Assembly (NCBI GenBank): GCA_040882645.1
Contig: JBBEAX010000038.1
Coordinates: 44,164-108,163, forward strand
Direction of reading: 5' to 3'
Origin: Acidimicrobiia bacterium
GTDB taxonomy: Bacteria; Actinomycetota; Acidimicrobiia; Spongiisociales; UBA11373
DNA length: 64,000 nucleotides
The notes below the pieces were generated by a model. It searched no databases. It was not told the origin of the DNA and was given only the letters and a program-made list of their open reading frames with translations. Of this stretch, positions 36,095 through 43,333 are shown piece after piece. Numbering within the stretch: the first letter of the stretch is position 1; each line of letters opens with the position of its first letter. The translations under genes and the position numbers were made by a program.

Positions 36095-37590
36095 TGCTGC
36101 TTCGGCCAGACGGGGAGGACGCTCGGGTCATCGCGTTCTTCCTCGGGCGGATCTGTTACGTGGTCGCGGCGGCGTCGTTGCTTCCGGTGGCATGGGCCGG
36201 GATCGCCGGCGAGTGGCACCCCTTCGCATCCTTCGTATTGATGGTGGGGGTGTTCGCGGTCTTCGGTGCGGCCGGTACCGCCGCCCGGCCTCGCCAGGCC
36301 CGGCTGGATTGGTCGCACGGGATGGTCGTCGTGGCCCTCACCTGGCTGATCGTTCCGCTGATCGGGTCGATTCCATTCGCCCTTTCGGGCCACTTCGCCG
36401 ATCCGCTCGACGCGATGTTCGATGCGATGAGCGGGCTGACCACCACCGGTCTATCGGTACTTCAGGACCTCGACCATCTCGCCAGTTCGCTCAACTTCTG
36501 GCGGCATCTTCTTCACTTCCTGGGCGGGCAGGGAATCGTGATCGCGGCGTTGTCGCTGTTCGCCGGCGGGGGCGGTCTGACGCTGTACTACGGCGAGGCG
36601 AGAGACGATCGCATCTTCCCTTCGGTGATATCGACCGCCCGCTTCATCTGGGCGGTGAGCCTCGCTCACCTCGTCTTCGGCGTTCTCGTGTTGATGGTCG
36701 TCGGGATCTTGGCAGTTGGCCTGGAACCGGCCAGGGCTCTGTTCCATGGCCTGCTGGTCTTCTTTGCCGCATTCGACACCGGGGGTTTTGCCCCGCAGAG
36801 CACCAGCCTCGGGTATTACCACTCGGTTTACTTCGAGGCTGCCACGGCGATTCTGATGGTGGCCGGGGCGATGAGCTTCGGACTCCACTTCGCGCTGTGG
36901 CGCCGCCGCAGGGTCGGGGTCCTCAGAAACCTCGAGACTCGCACGATCCTCGCCACCTTCTCCGGGACACTGATCCTCGGCATCGTCGGGCTGGGCGCCC
37001 TCGGCCTCTACAACGGCGTCTTTGGGCTCGCCCGGCAGGGCCTGTTTCATGTCCTCTCCGCTCACACGGGAACAGGCTTCGCCACGGTGCCGAGTTCTGA
37101 ACTTGCGATGTGGGGGGGACTGGCGTTCGGCGGGGTCGCCATCGCCATGGCCCTCGGGGGGATGGCTTCGTCAACGGCCGGGGGGGTCAAGTCGTTAAGG
37201 ATCGGCCTGACCATCAAGGTGCTGCGCGATCAAGTGAGGCAAGTGCTCCTGCCCGAACAAGCTGTCGTCAGCCGGCGCTACCACCAGGGGGGCGCTCGAA
37301 CACTCACGCCGGCGGTAGCCCAAGCCGTGCTCGCCGTCTCGTTGTTGTACGTCGCACTGTTCTTGTTAGGGGCCGGCGTCGGTATCGCCTACGGGGCGCC
37401 GTTGGAAGCGGCTCTCTTCGAATCGGTGAGCGCCGGCGGGAACGTGGGGTTGTCCGTGGGACTGACCGATGGCTCGATGCCGGTGCTTCTGCAAATCACC
37501 TACATGGCGCAGATGTGGTTGGGCCGGCTCGAGTTCGTGGCCGTATTCGCTCTCGTCGGCTTCCTGTGGTCGTGGGTGCGGGGCCGATGA
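36094..37590 (+). CDS. TrkH/KtrB-family K+ transporter (second system)
   Basis: Multi-TM protein with pore-loop motifs (LTTTGLS, FDTGGFA, AHTGTGFA, SSTAGGVK). Confidence 0.85.
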   Translation: MLLRPDGEDARVIAFFLGRICYVVAAASLLPVAWAGIAGEWHPFASFVLMVGVFAVFGAAGTAARPRQARLDWSHGMVVVALTWLIVPLIGSIPFALSGHFADPLDAMFDAMSGLTTTGLSVLQDLDHLASSLNFWRHLLHFLGGQGIVIAALSLFAGGGGLTLYYGEARDDRIFPSVISTARFIWAVSLAHLVFGVLVLMVVGILAVGLEPARALFHGLLVFFAAFDTGGFAPQSTSLGYYHSVYFEAATAILMVAGAMSFGLHFALWRRRRVGVLRNLETRTILATFSGTLILGIVGLGALGLYNGVFGLARQGLFHVLSAHTGTGFATVPSSELAMWGGLAFGGVAIAMALGGMASSTAGGVKSLRIGLTIKVLRDQVRQVLLPEQAVVSRRYHQGGARTLTPAVAQAVLAVSLLYVALFLLGAGVGIAYGAPLEAALFESVSAGGNVGLSVGLTDGSMPVLLQITYMAQMWLGRLEFVAVFALVGFLWSWVRGR

Positions 37591-38129
37591 TCAAGCGGAT
37601 CGCCCTCGCGTTGGTGGCGTTGGTGGGCTCGGCCAGTCCAGCGTTTGCGGTCGAGGTGGATGTGGCGGTGTTGCTCGTGGATCCAGCTCCGCTCGACGGG
37701 GCCGAAGTCACAGTCGAGGGCGAGTTGATCGGCGACTTCATGCGTCGTGACGAGTGGGTCTGGGTGCAACTGAACGGTGACCCATACGCGAGCGAACCAC
37801 TCGGAGAGGGAGGCGAACTGGTGGGGCCCAATCTCGGGATCGCACTGCGATTCCCGATAGCCGTCTTTGACGCAGCCGCCTTCGAATCCCCGGGCGGCTA
37901 CGGCGTGCGCGGTCCCGTGGTGAGAGTGACCGGCGAGTGGCGTTATCACGACGAGGAGAGAGGGGGGGAGTCCTACCTGGCAGTGACGTCGGTAGAGGTA
38001 TTGGAGCGAGAGCGCCGATTCGACGCGCCGCTGCCGGTCGGCGTGCTACTGACCGGGCTGGGGCTGATTGCGGTGAGCGGGCTCATCCACGCGGCCTCGA
38101 GACGCCGGTCGGCCTCCGACGCACCCTGA
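37587..38129 (+). CDS. hypothetical exported protein with C-terminal membrane anchor
   Basis: ATGA overlap with the trkH-like stop. It has a signal peptide (MIKRIALALVALVGSASPAFA), a beta-rich body and a C-terminal TM segment (VGVLLTGLGLIAVSGLI). I recognise no family. Confidence 0.55.
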   Translation: MIKRIALALVALVGSASPAFAVEVDVAVLLVDPAPLDGAEVTVEGELIGDFMRRDEWVWVQLNGDPYASEPLGEGGELVGPNLGIALRFPIAVFDAAAFESPGGYGVRGPVVRVTGEWRYHDEERGGESYLAVTSVEVLERERRFDAPLPVGVLLTGLGLIAVSGLIHAASRRRSASDAP

Positions 38130-38204
38130 GGCGACAAACGACGGACCGGGCACCCTCCGCGCCGCCTAGTCTCCCCCCGTCCGCTGTCACCTCGAGGAGT
38201 ACCC

Positions 38205-40259
38205 GTGGATCCGGAAGCCTGGTTGTACGTCGCCGTCGGAGCAGGGGTTCTGGGCCTTGCGCTGGCCCTGATGTTCTCGCGTCAGGTGCTCGCCGCACCG
38301 CAAGGCAATGACCGCATGCGTGAGATCTCGGCCGCGATCCGCGAAGGATCCGGGGCGTTCATGCGTCGCGAGTACACCTGGGTGGCGGTGTTCGTGGTGG
38401 CGATGGCCGGGCTGATCTTCGGCCTGCTCGACTACGGGCGCCCATGGGGTGCGATCGCCTATGTGTTTGGCGCCGTGCTCTCTGGTCTCGCCGGCTTCAT
38501 TGGCATGCGCATCGCCACGGCCGCCAACTCCCGTACCACCGAGGCGGCGCGGGTCGGCGGGGTGAAGCAGGCGCTTCCTCTGGCGTTCCGAGGTGGGGCC
38601 GTCATGGGGTTCACGGTCGCCGGGTTGGGACTTGCGGGTCTCGCGTTGGCTTTCCTCGTCTTCGTCCAGTGGCTCGAGGTGGATCAGCCCTATCAGGTGT
38701 TGACCGCGGTCGGGCTCGGCGGATCGACCATTGCGCTGTTCGCCCGCGTCGGCGGAGGCATCTACACCAAGGCTGCCGATGTCGGCGCCGACCTCGTCGG
38801 CAAGGTCGAAGCCGGAATCCCTGAGGACGATCCCCGCAACCCGGCGGTGATCGCCGACAACGTGGGCGACAACGTCGGTGACGTGGCGGGAATGGGCGCC
38901 GACCTGTTCGAGTCCTACGTGGGGTCGATGGTGGCGCCGATCGCCTTCGCGGCATTCGTCTTCGCCGGCCGCGACTTTCTGGCACAGGCTCTGGTGTTTC
39001 CGCTGGCGGTGGCGGCGATCGGAATGGGCGCCTCCATCATCGGCTCGTTCCTGGTCCGGCCCCGGGGCACCAACCTCGCGGCGGCCCTCCATCGCGGTAC
39101 CTATGCCGCGGCGATCCTCACGGTGCTGGGAACGCTGGCGCTCGTTTACGGGATGTTCGGTGACATCGACGGCGTCGACAATCCACTGGGGCTGTTCCTC
39201 GCGGTCGTCATCGGGCTCGCAGTCGGGCTGGCCGTGGGCCAACTCTCCGAGCTGTTCACCTCGGATCACTGGCGGCCGGTCAAGGAGATCGCCCGTCAGT
39301 CAGAGACCGGCCCCGCCACAGTCGTCCTGGCGGGGATCGCCGACGGGATGCGGTCGGCGGCGTATTCGGTGATCGTCGTTGCCGCGGGGATCGCCGGTGC
39401 CTACTGGGCCGGTGAGATGGCGTTCACGGATGGCGGCATCTATGGGATCGCCATCGCGGCCATCGGGGTGTTGGCCACGCTCGGGATCACCGTGTCGGTC
39501 GACGCCTACGGGCCCATCGCCGACAACGCGGGAGGCATCGCCGAGATGGCCCACCTTCCCGCCGAGGTACGGCAGGCGACCGACGCCCTCGACTCGCTCG
39601 GCAATACCACCGCCGCCGTCGCCAAGGGATTCGCCATCGCCTCGGCAGGGGTCACGGCACTGGCGCTCTTCTTCGCATTCAAGGAGGCGGTGGGGCTCGA
39701 GGTCATCGACATCCTGCAGGTCGAGACCACCGTCGGTCTCTTCCTCGGGGCGATGTTCCCGTTCCTGTTCGCATCGCTCGCCATCAAGGCGGTGGGACGG
39801 GCCGCCCACCAGATGATCGAAGAAGTGCGGCGCCAATTCCGCGAGATCCCCGGCCTGAGGGAAGGACGGGAGGATGCCCGGGCGGACTATGCCCGCTGCG
39901 TCGACATCTCGACCGCGTCGGCACTGCGCGAGATGATCGTTCCCGGGGCGCTGGCGGTGGCCCTCCCACTGGCCATCGGGTTCGTCGACGTTCAAGCGCT
40001 CGGCGGATTCCTGGCCGGCGCGCTGATCACCGGCTTTCTATTGGCGATCTTCATGGCCAATGCGGGAGGGGCATGGGACAACGCCAAGAAGTTCATCGAA
40101 GCCGGCGCCTACGGAGGTAAGGGCTCAGAGGCTCACAAGGCGGCCGTCGTCGGCGACACCATCGGGGACCCCTTCAAGGACACCGCCGGTCCGGCGATGA
40201 ACATCGTGATCAAGGTGATGACGATCGTGTCGCTCATCTTCGCAGAGGCGTTTATTTAG
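38205..40259 (+). CDS. hppA: membrane-bound proton-translocating pyrophosphatase
   Basis: Contains GGGIYTKAADVGADLVGKVE, DNVGDNVGDVAGMGADLFESY and GDTIGDPFKDTAGP motifs. GTG 38205 follows GAGGAG. Confidence 0.93.
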   Translation: MDPEAWLYVAVGAGVLGLALALMFSRQVLAAPQGNDRMREISAAIREGSGAFMRREYTWVAVFVVAMAGLIFGLLDYGRPWGAIAYVFGAVLSGLAGFIGMRIATAANSRTTEAARVGGVKQALPLAFRGGAVMGFTVAGLGLAGLALAFLVFVQWLEVDQPYQVLTAVGLGGSTIALFARVGGGIYTKAADVGADLVGKVEAGIPEDDPRNPAVIADNVGDNVGDVAGMGADLFESYVGSMVAPIAFAAFVFAGRDFLAQALVFPLAVAAIGMGASIIGSFLVRPRGTNLAAALHRGTYAAAILTVLGTLALVYGMFGDIDGVDNPLGLFLAVVIGLAVGLAVGQLSELFTSDHWRPVKEIARQSETGPATVVLAGIADGMRSAAYSVIVVAAGIAGAYWAGEMAFTDGGIYGIAIAAIGVLATLGITVSVDAYGPIADNAGGIAEMAHLPAEVRQATDALDSLGNTTAAVAKGFAIASAGVTALALFFAFKEAVGLEVIDILQVETTVGLFLGAMFPFLFASLAIKAVGRAAHQMIEEVRRQFREIPGLREGREDARADYARCVDISTASALREMIVPGALAVALPLAIGFVDVQALGGFLAGALITGFLLAIFMANAGGAWDNAKKFIEAGAYGGKGSEAHKAAVVGDTIGDPFKDTAGPAMNIVIKVMTIVSLIFAEAFI

Positions 40260-40262
40260 GGC

Positions 40263-40491
40263 GCGATTCGCAATTCGCAATTCGACAGAACGGCTTCAAG
40301 AGCCCTCGTGGGTCCAGGGATGGGCGGCGCCTGCGGAAGAGGTGAAGCGCTCCCTGCTCGTCAGCGTGATCGTCGTGCTTGCCGGGGCATTTGTTTAGGG
40401 CGCGGAGCCGATTTCGCGCTAACGCCTGGACTCTGTGGCGCTAGCAACGCGCTCCGTCGAATCGCGTATAGCGAATTGCGAATTGCGCCTC
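40263..40491. repeat. GCGATTC/GCAATTC x3 and GCGAATT x2 heptads flanking a relic copy of the hppA 3' end
   Basis: The heptad arrays lie at 40263-40283 and 40457-40491. The relic lies at 40376-40405. Confidence 0.8.
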
Positions 40492-40492
40492 G

Positions 40493-40639
40493 TCAGCGGC
40501 GGTCGTCGCCCATGCCTGGGGGGTTGTCGCCCCAGGGGCCGCGTTCTATGTAGTCCCGCATGGTCTTGACCCGCGCCCGGTGCACCAGCACGTAGATGCC
40601 GATGAAGACAGCGCCGAGGAGTCCCCAGACGAATCCCAT
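40493..40639 (-). CDS. 48-aa hypothetical membrane peptide (absent from the ORF track)
   Basis: The hand translation is MGFVWGLLGAVFIGIYVLVHRARVKTMRDYIERGPWGDNPPGMGDDRR. GC3 bias is strong and there is one TM segment. The SD is weak. Confidence 0.35.
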   Translation of the reverse strand: MGFVWGLLGAVFIGIYVLVHRARVKTMRDYIERGPWGDNPPGMGDDRR

Positions 40640-40724
40640 TGCCCTGGATTGTACGGGATGCTCCTCGATTTGGCAGGCGTTTCGTTCGATCTAGCCTTTG
40701 GCGCCCCGTCGCAGGCTTGTCACG

Positions 40725-41924
40725 ATGCCCGTCGAGATCACACTGGTTCGCCACGCCGAGACCGAGGCCAACGCCGCCGGGATCTGGCAGGGCCACGGCG
40801 ACCACCCGCTGAGCGCGCTGGGGCGTTCGCAAGCCGCCGCGCTCGGCCACCGCTTGCAGGATCGAACGTTTGATCTGGTCATCGCGTCCGACTTGCCGCG
40901 CGCCGTCGAGACCGCCGCCCTCGCCGGCTTCGATGCCAAACCCGACCCCTCGTGGCGGGAGATCGACATCGGGGTTTGGGAGGGCTTGACCCGGAGCGAG
41001 GTTCATGAGCGGTTCCCCGAGGAGATCGCGGGAGTCCGGACCGGCCAACCCGTGAAGATGGGGGGCGCAGAGTCCTGGGCCGACCTGGGCCGGAGAATCC
41101 ACGCGGCATTCGCCGAGCTGGTCGCCGACGCGGCCGATGGGTCGCGGATTCTCGTTGTCACTCACGGAGGGGTGATCCACGCGGTTCTGGCGAGCCAACT
41201 GCGCTTTACAGACCGCTCCGCGCCGTGGCCGATCGATCGGGTTCGCAACACCGGCATCGCCGAGATGGCAGTCGACCAGGGCAACTTCAGGCTGGTGTCG
41301 TTCAACGACGGCCGCCACCTCGGCGACGACCTCGATCTCGGGGTGGCGCTGTTTCGGCATGCGGAGTCCGAGGCGAATGCCTCGGGGCGGTGGCACGGCA
41401 TCACGGACGGTCCGCTCACCGAGCGCGGCCGCCGGCAGGCAGCCGATCTCGGCCACCATCATCGCGGCGTCACCCGTATCTACTCCTCGCCGTTGGAGCG
41501 CGCTCGGGCCACTGCCGAGGCGTTCGCCGCGATCCGCGGCTTGCCCGTCGAGACACTGGTCGAGTTGATCGAAGTCGACTTCGGCTCCTGGGAGGGCCTC
41601 ACCCCCCACGAGATCGCAGAGCGTCATCCCGAGGACTGGGCCGCCGTCTTCGACGGTGGTGAGGACCGCCCTCGTGGGGGCACCGGCGACACTTTCACTG
41701 CGGTGGGGGAGCGTCTGGCCGGCGTGATCGACCGAATGGAGCAGCTCCATCCGAGAGAACGGGTTGCCCTCTTCAGCCACGGTGGCGCCATCTGGTCGTT
41801 GACCGCCCGGGTGCTCGGCCTGACCTGGTCGAATTGGCGCAGCCTGGCGATGCCGTCCAACACCAGCGTCAGTCACGTCCGTATCGACTCGGGCAGGCAG
41901 GTGTTGGTGGATTACAACGTCTGA
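40725..41924 (+). CDS. tandem histidine-phosphatase (phosphoglycerate-mutase-like) domain protein
   Basis: Two RHG-type cores are present (LVRHAETEAN and LFRHAESEAN), each followed by an H-containing C-terminal motif (VVTHGGVI, LFSHGGAI). Confidence 0.8.
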   Translation: MPVEITLVRHAETEANAAGIWQGHGDHPLSALGRSQAAALGHRLQDRTFDLVIASDLPRAVETAALAGFDAKPDPSWREIDIGVWEGLTRSEVHERFPEEIAGVRTGQPVKMGGAESWADLGRRIHAAFAELVADAADGSRILVVTHGGVIHAVLASQLRFTDRSAPWPIDRVRNTGIAEMAVDQGNFRLVSFNDGRHLGDDLDLGVALFRHAESEANASGRWHGITDGPLTERGRRQAADLGHHHRGVTRIYSSPLERARATAEAFAAIRGLPVETLVELIEVDFGSWEGLTPHEIAERHPEDWAAVFDGGEDRPRGGTGDTFTAVGERLAGVIDRMEQLHPRERVALFSHGGAIWSLTARVLGLTWSNWRSLAMPSNTSVSHVRIDSGRQVLVDYNV

Positions 41925-41948
41925 CTTCGGGGCTTCGCCCCGAAGTCA
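41922..41948 (+). terminator. perfect 12-bp hairpin that includes the stop codon of the histidine-phosphatase gene
   Basis: TGACTTCGGGGC-TTC-GCCCCGAAGTCA. Confidence 0.55.
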
Positions 41949-41950
41949 GA

Positions 41951-42075
41951 GGCGAAGGGCGAATCCGCGGCTGGACCAGGCCCGGCGCGATCGCCTCCAG
42001 CGGGGTTTCGCCTTTCGCCGGCGGCCGCAGGCCGCCGTTCGCCTTTCGCCTTTGCTTTCGCATCGAAAGCAAAGT
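41951..42075. repeat. GGCGAAG GGCGAAT heptads plus ~55-nt dispersed box (copy 2) and GCTTTCG...CGAAAGC hairpin
   Basis: The box at 41997-42055 matches 20115-20172. Confidence 0.85.
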
Positions 42076-42092
42076 CAGCCAGACTTCGCAAG

Positions 42093-43157
42093 ATGCGCGT
42101 GCTTCTCGTCACCAACGACTTTCCTCCTAAGCCGGGGGGCATCCAGCAGTACCTGAATGGGTTGGTGGGAGCTTTTCCCGGGGAGATCCGGGTGCTCGCA
42201 CCGCGCGATGACTCCGCCGAGCCGCGCGACGGAGTGGTCCGCGGCCACCGTGGATTCATGTGGCCCAGCCGGCGGACCCGGCGGTGGGTGGCGAGCCAGG
42301 TGGCCGAGTTCCGGCCCGATGTCGTGCTGTTCGGGGCTCCCCACCCGTTGGCCCAAATGGGGCCTCGCCTTCGCGAGGAGACCGGGGTCCCTTATGCGGT
42401 GTTGTGCCACGGCGCCGAGGTCACGATGCCGGCGGCCTTCCCGGTGACACGCCAGTTGGTGAAGTACCCGTTGCGGCGTGCCGATGCGCTGCTCGCAGTC
42501 TCCGGCTACACGGCGGGTCGAGTGGAACGGCTCGCGGGGCGTCCGGTCAGGGTGGTGGGGGTCGGGGTCGACCCGGCGTTTGCCCCCGGGGCCGCTCTTA
42601 CAGGCGCGGTGGTGGGCTGCGTGAGCAGGTTCGTCCCGCGGAAGGGCCAGCGGCGGGTGCTCGTCGCGGTCGCCCGCCTGAGGAAAGAGGGTCGCGACGT
42701 CTCGGCTCTACTGGTGGGGGCGGGGAGGGACGAGGCCGGGCTGCGCCGGCTCGCCGACCGCCTTGCAGTGCCGACCCGGTTCGAGGTGGGCGTTCCGTAC
42801 TCGCGCCTCCCTTCTCTCTATCGGGAGATGTCGGTCTTCGCCATGCCATGCCGATCACGCTGGCTCGGCCTCGAGGTCGAGGGGCTCGGCGTCGTCTACC
42901 TGGAGGCCGCTGCCACCGGATTGCCGGTCGTAGCCGGCGGTTCAGGCGGTGCTCCTGAGACGATCGACCCAGGCGTCACCGGATTCGTGGTCGATCGCGA
43001 CGACGCTCTTCTCGACGCGCTCCGGCGGCTTGTCGACGATCCGGTACTGGCTTCGACGATGGGGCGATCCGGCCGCAAATGGATCGAGGAACGGTTCACC
43101 TGGGACGCCGCCGCAGCCCGCTTCGAAGCTGGATTGCGAGCGGCTGCCAGCGGATAG
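42093..43157 (+). CDS. GT4-family glycosyltransferase (PimB-like mannosyltransferase type)
   Basis: The N-terminus is MRVLLVTNDFPPKPGGIQQY. The C-terminal block is EGLGVVYLEAAATGLPVVAG. Confidence 0.8.
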   Translation: MRVLLVTNDFPPKPGGIQQYLNGLVGAFPGEIRVLAPRDDSAEPRDGVVRGHRGFMWPSRRTRRWVASQVAEFRPDVVLFGAPHPLAQMGPRLREETGVPYAVLCHGAEVTMPAAFPVTRQLVKYPLRRADALLAVSGYTAGRVERLAGRPVRVVGVGVDPAFAPGAALTGAVVGCVSRFVPRKGQRRVLVAVARLRKEGRDVSALLVGAGRDEAGLRRLADRLAVPTRFEVGVPYSRLPSLYREMSVFAMPCRSRWLGLEVEGLGVVYLEAAATGLPVVAGGSGGAPETIDPGVTGFVVDRDDALLDALRRLVDDPVLASTMGRSGRKWIEERFTWDAAAARFEAGLRAAASG

Positions 43158-43184
43158 AACTGCGTGCCATTCGGAGCACCGTTC

Positions 43185-43213
43185 TTGACATGGCACCCAT
43201 GTCGTCGTAAACC
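43185..43213 (+). promoter_or_regulatory. candidate topA promoter (TTGACA-17-TAAACC)
   Basis: A perfect -35 hexamer with a 17-nt spacer. The predicted TSS falls at the foot of the leader palindrome. Confidence 0.45.
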
Positions 43214-43217
43214 CTAA

Positions 43218-43308
43218 GGGGGTGAACGTATAGGCTCGCCCCGGGGATCAGGTATCGGCTTGCCACAAGCCGATACCTGATGAAGCCAGCGACCTATACG
43301 CTCACCCC
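43218..43308 (+). promoter_or_regulatory. two-tier palindrome in the topA leader
   Basis: The inner stem is a perfect 16 bp, ATCAGGTATCGGCTTG-CCA-CAAGCCGATACCTGAT (43247-43281). The outer arms are GGGGTGAACGTATAGGCTCGC (43219-43239) and GCGACCTATACGCTCACCCC (43289-43308), with 1 mismatch and 1 bulge. Confidence 0.8.
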
Positions 43309-43333
43309 GTTCCACCCCTCCCCTGCGGAGACC

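Noticed and set aside
40257-40398. Stop-codon (TAG) read-through extension of HppA into the downstream look-alike C-terminus.
   Set aside because: On re-indexing, the second TAG (40396-40398) and its VIVVLAGAFV coding lie in the +1 frame relative to hppA. The in-frame continuation after the hppA TAG is repeat-derived Arg/Gly-rich sequence (ORF 40308..40553).
43280-43333. ATG 43280 as the topA start (ORF-track start).
   Set aside because: It lies inside the 3' arm of the leader palindrome, and the added 18 residues precede the conserved TOPRIM start MPSKLVIVESPAKA. ATG 43334 is the better start.
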